From IMG/VR virus record IMGVR_UViG_3300013005_000043, positions 1 through 59,057 of that record: a stretch of DNA of 59,057 bases; one strand, written 5' to 3'. The position numbers and the translations under genes were made by a program. Origin of the DNA: a virus (taxonomy: Duplodnaviria > Caudoviricetes). Under the pieces are notes generated by a model. It searched no databases, was not told the DNA's origin, and saw only the letters and a program-made list of their open reading frames with translations. Positions 18,541 through 28,963 of this stretch are shown in pieces; position 1 is the stretch's first letter, and every line of letters starts with the position of its first letter.

Positions 18541-19422
18541 TTATTCTTCGTCTTCGGACGGAGTTTCAATTGTAATATTTTTAATTTGACGTATAGCTAA
18601 TTTTTTAGCACGTTCTGCATCTTCTGGACTTAATTTTTTAATCATTGCAGCTAATGGAGCAACAGCTGTTTGTACTAATGTAGATGGCCCTTTTTCTTGT
18701 TTGGTTTTTAGATATTCTAACCATTTCTTTACCGTAACAATTTTTTCTGCTTCTTTTTCTTCGGTAGATTTTTCAGCATCGGGAGCAGGTGCAGGCTCTG
18801 TTGGAGCGGCTGCTGGTTCTGTTGGTGCAGGTGCAGCGGGTGCCGGTGGAGCGGGTGCAGGTTCTGCTGGAGCAGGCGGAGCTGCAGCATCTGGTGTTGG
18901 TGCTGCTGCGGCATCTGCTGCAGGTGGTTCTGCATTTGGATCAGCCGGTGCATTTGGATCTTCTGGTTCTGTTGGTTCGCCTTGTTCACGTAAAAACTTT
19001 GCAATTTTTCTACGTACGTATTCTCTAACCAATTTATCTTTTTGTTTTTTTGATAATTTAGATATACGTTCATCTAATTCTGATGTAGTTACACCATGAT
19101 CAATTTTTTCTAATGCATTTAAATATTCATCCGTATCATCATCTTGTCGACGGCGTAAAATATTCATTGCATGTTTTGGATCGTATTCACCAGTTTCTAT
19201 ATTTTTATATAATCGGTCTTTATCAGTATATTTAGGAAACATGTTTCCGTCATCTTGAATTGGTTTATCTGTTTTTCGTGCAACCTTTTCTTGACGTTTA
19301 CCTGTAGAATATGGATTCAATGCACCGTTTTTATCATCGGTTGTATAATCTTTAAGATCTTTACGATAAGTTGGTTTTGAATTTTCTGGTTTTTTATACT
19401 TGCTTTTGTGTTTTTCAGCCAT
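18541..19422 (-). CDS. Hypothetical protein with Pro/Ala-rich linker
   Basis: 293 aa, low-complexity PAP/AAP tract after FLREQ, late motif upstream. Confidence 0.7.
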   Translation of the reverse strand: MAEKHKSKYKKPENSKPTYRKDLKDYTTDDKNGALNPYSTGKRQEKVARKTDKPIQDDGNMFPKYTDKDRLYKNIETGEYDPKHAMNILRRRQDDDTDEYLNALEKIDHGVTTSELDERISKLSKKQKDKLVREYVRRKIAKFLREQGEPTEPEDPNAPADPNAEPPAADAAAAPTPDAAAPPAPAEPAPAPPAPAAPAPTEPAAAPTEPAPAPDAEKSTEEKEAEKIVTVKKWLEYLKTKQEKGPSTLVQTAVAPLAAMIKKLSPEDAERAKKLAIRQIKNITIETPSEDEE

Positions 19423-19451
19423 GATTAAATTCCAATTTTATTATAAATATA

Positions 19452-21488
19452 TCATCGTGCGTATTTCAATACTCCTAGTATCTGATTTACCGGAGCGAAT
19501 GCGCCTGTGAGTTTATATGTGTTTCCTTGATATGTAAATACTACCCCTTCAGATGGAACTATTGCATCAAATCCTCCTAATTTTTCAATTCGCTTAAGTT
19601 CTAATTCTAATTTAGCAACTGTCTGCGGATTTGGATTATTTTGCAAGTCTTGAATCAATTGTGCCATTTCTTGTTTGATTGTTTGTACGGTGTTTGATGG
19701 ATTTGCTGCTAAGAAATTTGTTGCATTTTTCAATGCTACGGCTCCTAATCGTAAAAACAATGTTTCAAACGGTTCCATGTTTTGTTTGTAATATCGTTTA
19801 AATTCATTTTTATCAAATTCTTGAACCCAGTTTAAAAATTCAGGATTCGTAATTCGTTTTTTAAGTGCTGTCATACTTTCTGATTTATCAAAAAATGCCC
19901 AACGAGAAATTAAAATATTCAATACATCATCTGGGATTTCGAAGCCCATTTTCTCTGCTTGGGTTTTAATAACATCTCGCCACCATGCTTTATGATATTC
20001 TGTTACTCGATCAGTTTCGTTCAAACCAAAACGATTTTGTAATTGTGCAATTTCATTAAAGAATGCAGCTTGTTGATCTTCAAAATCAGATATTTTTCCA
20101 ATTTTAATTTGTTGCGGAGGAATAAAAGAAAATGTTTTTTGCAAGTGTGCATTTGCATCTTTAATTATGCCTTGCAAAGTAGCACCGCCGGTTAAATCGG
20201 TTTCTACCAGATTACCTTGCTCATCATATTCCATTAAATTATGAAATTGTAATACTGCTACTTCATATGCAATAACATTTCTCGTAGCAGGATATATAAT
20301 TTCCATGTTAGCAAATACTCGTCCGTTTTTAAATATTTGATTAAGTTTATCTTGAGGCACTCGCATAAATGCTTCGGCTAAATCTTCTGCAGCATTTCCG
20401 AATGCATCGGATATCGGACCTCTTCCTCCAAACTTATCTTGAATCTCCTGTACCGACATTGGATTAATAATTGTACCTTTATTTCTAGCAAAACCTATTT
20501 GTCCATTTTTCCAAGTAACTTGAATGTTTTGGCCATCTGTTTTTTCGGTTACTGCAGATTCAATATCCAATCGTCCTTCTAATGCTCTACTAACGATTTC
20601 TTTCATGTCATTAAATGTTAAACCGTGATCATCCCATGGGTGTGCCATATGTCCGGCAGCACCGCCTTCAGTCAATGTTCTTCTAGTTATACCTTCCGAT
20701 GTTAACATTTTTGCACCTAATACCGTTTTAGGAAAATCATCAAAATCATAAACAAATGAATCTTGTCGATTTGAATCTAAAAAATTACGAAGTTTATCTA
20801 TTTTTTTATTATGTCGATTTCGTTCTGACGTATTCATTACTGCTTCTAACACATCATTCACTTCTTCTTGTAATTGTTTTATCCACCAATCTTTGGTAAA
20901 CAATGCTTCTTGCAAACCTGTTGCAATTTGCCATGCATTTTTTACTAATGCATCTTTATATTGCGGATATGATGCACGAAATGTTTCATAATTGCGATCT
21001 ACTATTGCTTTACGTACTATGGTTGCCGATATAGGCGTGCCATCTGTATATGTTTCTGGATCTACGTCTATACTTAGTTCCGTTGCATCGATGCCCATAG
21101 GAATTTTACGTCCTTTTTTATCGCCAATTGTTGCATATTTGTCTACATTAGGAACAAATGTTTTTGCTCTAACATAATCATCTCCTTTTGCGGAAGCTGC
21201 CATGGCATAACGGCCGGTGGCATCTGACGGCAATTTAAACAAATATTCATACGCTGCCATTATCGGCGAATTAAATTCGGTAGGGTGAATTCGTATATCT
21301 GGATTATCATTGAGCAAGTTAAACATTTCGATGCTTTGTTCTCGCGTAATACTGTCTCTAGATTGTGGACCTATAAGTAATATTACTTGACCTACTTGTG
21401 GTGATTCGGCATAGCGTTGTGCTAATGCTAAATGAGCTCCAGTTAATGGTTTAAATCCTCCAGGAAATAAAACTGTTATTTTATCCAT
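19452..21488 (-). CDS. Fusion of cytidylyltransferase-like domain and ligase-like (KxDG) domain
   Basis: The N-terminus has FPGGFKPLTGAH and ISATIVR (HxGH nucleotidyltransferase pattern). The C-terminus has TEKTDGQN and EGVVF...YKLTG (covalent nucleotidyltransferase motifs I, IV, V). Confidence 0.7.
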   Translation of the reverse strand: MDKITVLFPGGFKPLTGAHLALAQRYAESPQVGQVILLIGPQSRDSITREQSIEMFNLLNDNPDIRIHPTEFNSPIMAAYEYLFKLPSDATGRYAMAASAKGDDYVRAKTFVPNVDKYATIGDKKGRKIPMGIDATELSIDVDPETYTDGTPISATIVRKAIVDRNYETFRASYPQYKDALVKNAWQIATGLQEALFTKDWWIKQLQEEVNDVLEAVMNTSERNRHNKKIDKLRNFLDSNRQDSFVYDFDDFPKTVLGAKMLTSEGITRRTLTEGGAAGHMAHPWDDHGLTFNDMKEIVSRALEGRLDIESAVTEKTDGQNIQVTWKNGQIGFARNKGTIINPMSVQEIQDKFGGRGPISDAFGNAAEDLAEAFMRVPQDKLNQIFKNGRVFANMEIIYPATRNVIAYEVAVLQFHNLMEYDEQGNLVETDLTGGATLQGIIKDANAHLQKTFSFIPPQQIKIGKISDFEDQQAAFFNEIAQLQNRFGLNETDRVTEYHKAWWRDVIKTQAEKMGFEIPDDVLNILISRWAFFDKSESMTALKKRITNPEFLNWVQEFDKNEFKRYYKQNMEPFETLFLRLGAVALKNATNFLAANPSNTVQTIKQEMAQLIQDLQNNPNPQTVAKLELELKRIEKLGGFDAIVPSEGVVFTYQGNTYKLTGAFAPVNQILGVLKYAR

Positions 21489-21511
21489 ATGTTCCGTTTT
21501 ATATAAATATG

Positions 21512-24193
21512 TTATGACACAATACCACCAGGCGGAGGTAATGTAGAACTTCCAACCGCGCGGCTTGATCGATATACAAATCCTTTCATAGCTAACATAT
21601 CCCCTGCGCCGCCGGCTGCGTCCCTACTCGTAATCATGTATATTCGTACGTAACGTCCTTGATAATTTTCAAAGGTTGTTGACGTCGTAGTAAAAGTTCT
21701 AGAACCACCTTCATATGTGCCAGTTGAATTTATTGTTGTGATTAGTTGTTCTGTAGCAAATAAAGTTTGCGGCACGCTCCAGGAATCATATCCAGTGCTA
21801 GTGCCAGTACTTCCTGATATACTAGCAGATTGTATATACCATTGTCCTTCGAGATTTCCAGCGGAACTAGTAGCTGCAGTAAAATTATACATGAATGAGA
21901 CTTGCATTCTAGTTTCGCCAGGCAATACAAATGTTTCAAAAATTGAAGATGTTTGTGCTCCCGTAGTAGATAAACTTCCAGTATATGTAAATTCAGATCG
22001 ATCAAAATAAACAACTCGTCCAATATTCAAACCATCAACAAATTCATTATTCGAATCAAATAATACTTGACCTCCTTGTACCGCAATAAATGAAGATGCT
22101 GTTACATTGCCTTGTGCTGTTAAGTGAAATCCACTTGCAGAAATTTCAATATTGCCATTGGCCCCGCTAACAAATGTAGTTGCAGGATTACCAAAAAAGA
22201 ATTTATCCGTTCGAACATCTATTTCGGAATCGGCGGTTGAATATCTAAAATAACTTGATGTATTTGCATAAAGTTCTAATCCAACACCGCTATATGCTCC
22301 GCCACCTTTTGTTCCAGCGCTGCCGGGTAATGCTGATCCTGACCACATCAAGAATCCCGGAAATCCTGCTGTAAATCCTTCATATCCTAAAGAACGAAGC
22401 CACCCTGCGTTTGGATATCCGCTAATTGCAACACCACTATTTAATGAATCAGCAACATATAAAGATCCAGTAAGCATTGAATAATCGCCATCAATGTATC
22501 GGTTACCACCTTCCCAATCTTTATTATAAACATATGATATTTGTTTGCTCTTTTCACCATTAACATTGTAATATTCTACTTTAAAAGAAATTTGATTGTT
22601 AATTTTATGTGTAGTTTGAATTGGCGTTTTAATGCGAGTATAATTAGGAGAATATCCTGCATCATTATCGGTTGTAGTTCGTATATCAGAAACTTGCCAT
22701 TGTCCTGCTTCTACTACTAATAACAACGTTCCATGTCCAGTATAGTTAGATTCAAAATTTAAAACAATATCATCAAACCGTTGATTATCTCCAACCGCAC
22801 GCAATTCGCCAATTCGTTTTCCTAAAGAAAAATCTTGATTGAAATAATCGGTTGGATCTGCATAAAATGCACTGCCCGATAAATATACTGATAATACTGG
22901 ATCAGAATTTGTTCTAGTTGCTAATGCATCTATTGTAACTTTATATGACGAATTTTCAATAAAATAACCAGCATTATTTGTTTTTGCAATTAAAATAGAA
23001 TTATCTGCAGATAAATCAATTGAACTAGAAATTTTCATTGCATTGTTCAATGATGCCGTCATCCATATTAATGCCGGTGCTATAGTTTGCGTGCCTTGTA
23101 AATATGCAGATGCAGACCAATACGTACTAATTATACTTTGCGATGTAAATAATCCAATTGATTCATCTGGATATAATGATGCGGTGTTCGCAACAAATAT
23201 TTCTGTTTCTTCTAATTCAACATCATTAACTAAGTCCCACGAACCTATAGTACCATTATTATTCGTAAACACTTTGATTCTAGAAACATCGCCGGCGGAT
23301 GGATCTAATCCTTTAACTTGTATGTATGCAAATGATTGAGAATTTTCAGTTGGTATGTATGTCGGCGTTGCTTCATATGCTAAAGAAAATGCAGAATATG
23401 CAAATTCTGTATAAGTGTGTGCAGATATACTTTGGCTGCTATAAACCGTATACTCTGTATCTAATAAGGCGGTAGTAGGAGATAAGATCTTTTTAATTGA
23501 TGACACGTAAGGTGTTGTTGCTACCACATAATTAGGAGTAGGGGTAGGTGTCGTCGGCGTTGCTACTGTTATAGTTCCATTTGCCATATCCGATGTAAAT
23601 ACACCGTTTGTAATTTCAATTGCTGGTTGATTGTTATATGAATAATAACGTACTTGTCCCGTAGTATAGGTTGGGAACTGCACACTACCAGAATATATCC
23701 TATTTAGTTGTACTCCTACTATTTCTTCAACTGTAACTTCAGGTACTGTTTCGAAAATAATTTCAGATATGTTTGATACATTTGGATTAACTGGTACAGT
23801 TCTAGACCATCGTACGTTTGGTTTTCCTTGCCATTCTGTTGGTATCGACTGTTGATTGATTAATGCAGCTTCCGCTAAAAGTGTTACGGTGCAATCGCCT
23901 GGAGAGGTATTTTCATAAATATAAATTGCAATTACTCTAGATTTATCTTCGTCAATATAATTTACAACTTCATGATAAATAGGATTACCATTATAATCTA
24001 ATATTTCGATACCTAAAGCTCCGCCTACTTTTAAATTAAACGGATTACCGCGAAGTTTAAATAAATTTTTGCCGGCTGTTAAACGCGTAGGAAATTCTGA
24101 TATTTGAAAATAATCTGGTGACGTAAGTGACGTATCTTCAAAATATACAGGAACAAATTGTAAACCTTTATATATAGCTTCTTTGCGTTTCAT
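21512..24193 (-). CDS. Large virion structural protein (tail/baseplate-associated)
   Basis: 893 aa, S/T/G-rich beta composition, late motif at about 24213-24220. Confidence 0.6.
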   Translation of the reverse strand: MKRKEAIYKGLQFVPVYFEDTSLTSPDYFQISEFPTRLTAGKNLFKLRGNPFNLKVGGALGIEILDYNGNPIYHEVVNYIDEDKSRVIAIYIYENTSPGDCTVTLLAEAALINQQSIPTEWQGKPNVRWSRTVPVNPNVSNISEIIFETVPEVTVEEIVGVQLNRIYSGSVQFPTYTTGQVRYYSYNNQPAIEITNGVFTSDMANGTITVATPTTPTPTPNYVVATTPYVSSIKKILSPTTALLDTEYTVYSSQSISAHTYTEFAYSAFSLAYEATPTYIPTENSQSFAYIQVKGLDPSAGDVSRIKVFTNNNGTIGSWDLVNDVELEETEIFVANTASLYPDESIGLFTSQSIISTYWSASAYLQGTQTIAPALIWMTASLNNAMKISSSIDLSADNSILIAKTNNAGYFIENSSYKVTIDALATRTNSDPVLSVYLSGSAFYADPTDYFNQDFSLGKRIGELRAVGDNQRFDDIVLNFESNYTGHGTLLLVVEAGQWQVSDIRTTTDNDAGYSPNYTRIKTPIQTTHKINNQISFKVEYYNVNGEKSKQISYVYNKDWEGGNRYIDGDYSMLTGSLYVADSLNSGVAISGYPNAGWLRSLGYEGFTAGFPGFLMWSGSALPGSAGTKGGGAYSGVGLELYANTSSYFRYSTADSEIDVRTDKFFFGNPATTFVSGANGNIEISASGFHLTAQGNVTASSFIAVQGGQVLFDSNNEFVDGLNIGRVVYFDRSEFTYTGSLSTTGAQTSSIFETFVLPGETRMQVSFMYNFTAATSSAGNLEGQWYIQSASISGSTGTSTGYDSWSVPQTLFATEQLITTINSTGTYEGGSRTFTTTSTTFENYQGRYVRIYMITSRDAAGGAGDMLAMKGFVYRSSRAVGSSTLPPPGGIVS

Positions 24194-24219
24194 TGTGCGT
24201 AATATCTTTATTATAAATA

Positions 24220-27200
24220 TTACGCATGATTAATCTTGCTAAATCCGTTTGTCTTGTTTACTTCAATTAAATTGTCAACCATATCTCGCATCGAATCAAC
24301 GTGTGATATGATGATTGAAAAATCAAATTTAGTTCTAAAATAATCAAATAAGTTTACTACTGAAGAAATATGTTCAGCATCTAATGACCCCCAACCTTCA
24401 TCGATTGCAATAAAATTAGGACGAGGTAATGCTGAAACATTGATAAGTGCAATGCGAATTGCCAATGATGATATAAAACGTTCCATACCCGATGTTAATT
24501 CTAACGGCCAATAATTATCTTCATCATATATAATATAACCGTTAATATTTTTGCCATCTGTATTTAACACCATATTAAATTCAACAATTTGATTGAGTAC
24601 ATTGTTGATTTCAGATTCAATTTTTGGAATAGCTTTTGCTACTAATTCATATGGTATTCCATTTCGCTTAACTGATTCTAAATAATATTCATATGCTTTA
24701 TATTCAATTTCTAACTGTTGATATCGTTCCAATTGTTCCATAGCCGTACTTTTATTTGTACGTGCAACTTCAATAGCACCAAACAATGATTTAATTTGAT
24801 CTTGAATTATTTTAATTTGCTGAGAACATGATGTAATTTTTGACTTACATTCTTCAATCGATGAATCTATAGATTGGTTGTGAACAATTGCAGTTTCATT
24901 TTTACGAAATGATTCTTGTCGTTCAATTGTAGTTTCTAATTCAGATTCTCGTGTTTGTAAATCACTTTCTAAAATTTGTAATTGTAGTTCGTTTCGTTCT
25001 AATGTAATTTTTTTAGTTGCAACATTGGATTTTAATTTGCTATATTGGTCTGCAGTTTCAAATACAGGTTGTAGTTTATTTAATTCGATCGTTGCAGATT
25101 CAATATGTTGTTGCAATTCTTCTAATATCGCTCTATCCGAATCAATTGTATTTTGAGCTTCGATTGCATTTTGCACGAAAACGTTAGATGTACAGTATTT
25201 GCAGTTTGGATCATATTCATGAGATTCGAGATGTTTAATTTTTTCTTGTTTTGCATTTACTTGTTCCTGTTGTTGTCTAAACTTGTGTGATTGTTTGTTT
25301 ATATTAGATTCTAATTTTTGATATTGTTCAATCTGCGTTTTAATTGCATCTACATTAATTGCTAATAATTCTAAATCTAATGATTCAATTGTTTCTGTTA
25401 ATGTTTCTAGTTCTTGTTCTGCAGATTCTATTTCTGTTTGAATTGATTCAATTTTACTAACTAACGTTTGTTCTTGCAATTGCAATTCTTTGATGTTAGG
25501 ACCATCATATGTTGTTGGTAATTTGGTTTCAATTAATTGCAATATTTGTTCTTGTAATGCATTTCGTTGTTCTTGATGTTGATCTTCAAGTTGTTCTAAT
25601 GATATAATAGTATCTTGATTGTCTGTTATAACTGCATCTGCTTGCACAATAATTTCAGCAAAATCCGTTTTCTTATAATCTTTTAATCGTCCGGCAGTTT
25701 CTTTAATTTCATCAGCGGCAAGTTGATAAAGTTGTTCGAATACCGTAATATCTAAAAACTGTGACAACAAGTCTTTGCGTTCTTTTTGTGATTTTTCTAT
25801 GAAGTTATTGTTATCTGCTTGCAAAGAAAATGCAGTTAAAATAAAATCATCATATGTGCCTAAATAACGACGAATGTTTTTATTTGTTTCACTACGTTCT
25901 TCTCCGTTCAAATTTTCTGAATCAGTATAAAAATCTACATCAACTTTAACGTGCGTTTCTTTCTTTTTATTTTGGGTGCCTTTACGTTCAATAGTATAAA
26001 TTATGCCATTCATTTCAAAACGAAATACCCCCCGAAACCAATCTTTTTTATTATTCAATACTTCATTTGCTTTGCTTGTTTTGCTACATTTATCGAATAT
26101 AGTATACGTAATTGCATCAAGCAAGCTTGATTTACCAGAAGTATTTGCTGCAAATAATCCACAAACATCGGAAAGATTTTCAAAATTTAAAACATTGCCT
26201 TCGCCATATGAAAACATGTTATCAAATTCAAATGATATAGGATGCCAAGTAGTATGACGTATTGATTCTACTGCTGGCAGTTTTGAATTTATTGTTCGGT
26301 TGATGTGTCGAATAGCATCAATTTCATTGGGCGTAGCTTGTGGAAAATTTGTATCAATATATTCCGTTAGTAATACATTTTGATATTCAACATCTCGTAC
26401 ATTTCCTATTGCTAAACTAGAAGATGTATTAGTAGAAGCCGAACCTATAGTTCGTTGAATTGTAATATCTTCTACTTGATATTTTTTACGAATTGTTGCA
26501 ATCAATCGTTTCATATCTGCAGCACTCGTTTCGTTAAACTTAATGCGAATGCGCGGACGATTAGGCATACGGTGTGGCGAAGATATAATTGCAGAACCTT
26601 GAGTTTCTATAGTTACGTATCCATAATCATTTTCAATTTGCACAAAATCTGCAGTTCTGCGTTCTATATCCCAAACTAATATACCATGGTCTAATGCTTC
26701 ACCGTGATTTTGTTGAATAAGTGAACCAGGATATGCAACAGTGCGTGCATCATCTAAAAACTGTGCCGGTTTATGAATATCTCCTAGCAAGGTAATGTCG
26801 TGTCCTTCAAACAAATCAACGCCTACATGTTCATTTGATATTTGATAACCAATATCCGTTTTAGCAGTATTTACTGCACCATGATGTAATGCAATTTTAT
26901 ATGCTGCAGCGAAATCTTTTGCACGTATGTAATCTGCAGGTGTTTTATCAACTGCCATATGATTCCAAGTAACTCCACCTAACTCAAATAATCCATTATC
27001 TTTAATGAAATGAATATGTTTGTTTTGAATTACATCTAAAACGGGACTAACTGCATCGATGCGATGCATATTATTTAAGTTCATATCATGATTACCTAAA
27101 ATAACAATTGTAGGTAATTCAAATCCGTTAAAAAAATCAACTAGCATCTGTACTAGTTCTGGTGACATATCTAATTTGCTATGCACAATATCACCAGTAA

Positions 27201-27366
27201 CTACTGCAATGCTTCGTTCCGTTTTAGTTTGATTGATATATTTAAACATGTTTTGAAATACTTCTCGATATTCTCGATGTCGTTTCAATGTTCGAATATG
27301 TACGTCTGAAATATGATAAATCTTATCGATTCGATCAATTCCTGTTTCAATTTTTTTTATGCCCAT
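24220..27366 (-). CDS. Fused SbcD/Mre11 nuclease and SbcC/Rad50 ATPase (gp47-gp46 fusion)
   Basis: DVH, GDIVH, GNHD and GDIH phosphoesterase motifs, then NTSGKSS Walker A, coiled coil with CKYC hook, LTSGME signature and IAIDEG Walker B, all in one frame. Confidence 0.92.
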   Translation of the reverse strand: MGIKKIETGIDRIDKIYHISDVHIRTLKRHREYREVFQNMFKYINQTKTERSIAVVTGDIVHSKLDMSPELVQMLVDFFNGFELPTIVILGNHDMNLNNMHRIDAVSPVLDVIQNKHIHFIKDNGLFELGGVTWNHMAVDKTPADYIRAKDFAAAYKIALHHGAVNTAKTDIGYQISNEHVGVDLFEGHDITLLGDIHKPAQFLDDARTVAYPGSLIQQNHGEALDHGILVWDIERRTADFVQIENDYGYVTIETQGSAIISSPHRMPNRPRIRIKFNETSAADMKRLIATIRKKYQVEDITIQRTIGSASTNTSSSLAIGNVRDVEYQNVLLTEYIDTNFPQATPNEIDAIRHINRTINSKLPAVESIRHTTWHPISFEFDNMFSYGEGNVLNFENLSDVCGLFAANTSGKSSLLDAITYTIFDKCSKTSKANEVLNNKKDWFRGVFRFEMNGIIYTIERKGTQNKKKETHVKVDVDFYTDSENLNGEERSETNKNIRRYLGTYDDFILTAFSLQADNNNFIEKSQKERKDLLSQFLDITVFEQLYQLAADEIKETAGRLKDYKKTDFAEIIVQADAVITDNQDTIISLEQLEDQHQEQRNALQEQILQLIETKLPTTYDGPNIKELQLQEQTLVSKIESIQTEIESAEQELETLTETIESLDLELLAINVDAIKTQIEQYQKLESNINKQSHKFRQQQEQVNAKQEKIKHLESHEYDPNCKYCTSNVFVQNAIEAQNTIDSDRAILEELQQHIESATIELNKLQPVFETADQYSKLKSNVATKKITLERNELQLQILESDLQTRESELETTIERQESFRKNETAIVHNQSIDSSIEECKSKITSCSQQIKIIQDQIKSLFGAIEVARTNKSTAMEQLERYQQLEIEYKAYEYYLESVKRNGIPYELVAKAIPKIESEINNVLNQIVEFNMVLNTDGKNINGYIIYDEDNYWPLELTSGMERFISSLAIRIALINVSALPRPNFIAIDEGWGSLDAEHISSVVNLFDYFRTKFDFSIIISHVDSMRDMVDNLIEVNKTNGFSKINHA

Positions 27367-28298
27367 AACATGTCCATTTTGAGTGCCATGATGCGCTCAA
27401 AAGTTAATATATCAGTATCGTTAATAATTTCTGTAATACGATCAAAACCTAATTCTGATGCATCTGCATCTTGTAGTTTAATAAAATAAACATTTAATCC
27501 TTCTGCCATAAACCGTTCTGCAATCTGTACTGCATTTTTTAATGCATCGGCATCTAAACAAATATAGATATCTCTAACTCGCTTTTCAATGATTTTCTTT
27601 TGTAAAGCTGGCTGAATAATTTTTCCGAATAGTGGTATTGCATTGCGTTTAACTGCAATTGCATCAAATGCACCTTCACATAAAACAATTGGTTGTGACC
27701 AATTTATAGTTAAATCAAATCCAATTATGTCTTTTGATATTTTAGGATTTTTATGTTTTTGTTTGTCTGCTCGATAAAATGCTCGAGATACAAAATAATT
27801 TAGTTGTCCCGCATCATCATAGCTAGGAATAATTATTTTGCCGGAGTATTCTCCTTGTTCGCAATATCCAATTCGATACTTTAAAATATCCAACATTCCA
27901 ACGCCTCGTTGTTGCAAATAATGAATTGCATTGCGATAATCAGGTGTATTTTTTTTATTCCATAATGGAACATAATGTTCTGGTAAAGCTAACGTTGCTG
28001 TTGCTTTTGTTTCTGTAGTATTTCGATATCTAGCAGATTCAATTATCTTCGAAAGCTGTTCAAACCATTCTTTTGATAAGCCCATTTGTTTGAATAAACT
28101 AGAAATAGTTCTACCTTTTTTATCAGATATCCAACAATGCCATGGATTTTCTCCCGCATGATTAGTATTGATATCAATTTCTAATTTTGGTTTGTAATGT
28201 GAAGTAAATGGAGAAAAGAATGCAATGTTGTTACCAGAAGTAGATTTTCCTTTACCTAAAACGGATTCTAATAATTGTAACAGTTTAAGATTCTTCAC
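27357..28298 (-). CDS. DNA primase (DnaG/TOPRIM type)
   Basis: IIIPSYD...YFVSR, LCEGAFDA and ICLDADA TOPRIM motifs. GTG start. Confidence 0.88.
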   Translation of the reverse strand: MKNLKLLQLLESVLGKGKSTSGNNIAFFSPFTSHYKPKLEIDINTNHAGENPWHCWISDKKGRTISSLFKQMGLSKEWFEQLSKIIESARYRNTTETKATATLALPEHYVPLWNKKNTPDYRNAIHYLQQRGVGMLDILKYRIGYCEQGEYSGKIIIPSYDDAGQLNYFVSRAFYRADKQKHKNPKISKDIIGFDLTINWSQPIVLCEGAFDAIAVKRNAIPLFGKIIQPALQKKIIEKRVRDIYICLDADALKNAVQIAERFMAEGLNVYFIKLQDADASELGFDRITEIINDTDILTFERIMALKMDMLWA

Positions 28299-28304
28299 AA
28301 TTAT

Positions 28305-28333
28305 AATATAATAAAAAACTGTAAAGAATCCAA
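28305..28333 (-). promoter_or_regulatory. Promoter TTGGAT-N17-TATATT for primase
   Basis: Exact 17-nt spacing, with GTG only 6 nt downstream. Confidence 0.65.
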
Positions 28334-28477
28334 TTAATAATTAATATTATAATATATGTTAAGCACATACATTTCATTTCTGGCTTAACGATTGAATCAA
28401 TAAATTCTTCAATCTATTAATTAAATAAATTTCATTAATCTTCATGAATATATTAAAAATAATTCACAAAACAAACC

Positions 28478-28960
28478 TTACTTAAAAAAACGTTTCGGAT
28501 CTATTGGTACTTCGCCCAATTTTACACATTCATCAAACCATTCTGCAGGTATATCTTTTTTTGCAACATGTTGAATACCTAATTTACGAGCAAATGCTTC
28601 GTATGTAGTTGGTGATGTTTTTGATAATTTTTGATTAGGATTCTGAAATATCATTCGAATATCAATTCCAGGATTTGATTGTAATACGTGTTTCATTTTA
28701 GTACGATCTGCAGTAGTCCAACGTCCTTTTGTTTCAATATACATGGTACCACCGTTGCGTTTTGTAAATATAAAATCAGGAGTATATTTTGCTTTACGTT
28801 CTGGAACTATGTAATTTAACGTTTCTGTTTCATAGCGAAGTTCATATTCTGTTTGTTTGATCTGATCAGAAACTGTAAGTTCTAGCCCCGATTTATAACC
28901 ATGTTTAAGTGCATTAGCTCGTTTTGAATTGCCCGAACTATGAAAATGATTTCGTCTCAT
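28478..28960 (-). CDS. T7 endonuclease I-like Holliday junction resolvase
   Basis: YKSGLE, YTPDF, ETKGRW and DIRMIFQN motifs. Confidence 0.9.
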   Translation of the reverse strand: MRRNHFHSSGNSKRANALKHGYKSGLELTVSDQIKQTEYELRYETETLNYIVPERKAKYTPDFIFTKRNGGTMYIETKGRWTTADRTKMKHVLQSNPGIDIRMIFQNPNQKLSKTSPTTYEAFARKLGIQHVAKKDIPAEWFDECVKLGEVPIDPKRFFK

Positions 28961-28963
28961 AAC

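Noticed and set aside
18760-18985. GC-rich repetitive tract
   Set aside because: Explained by a Pro/Ala-rich coding linker. No repeat-spacer periodicity, so not CRISPR.
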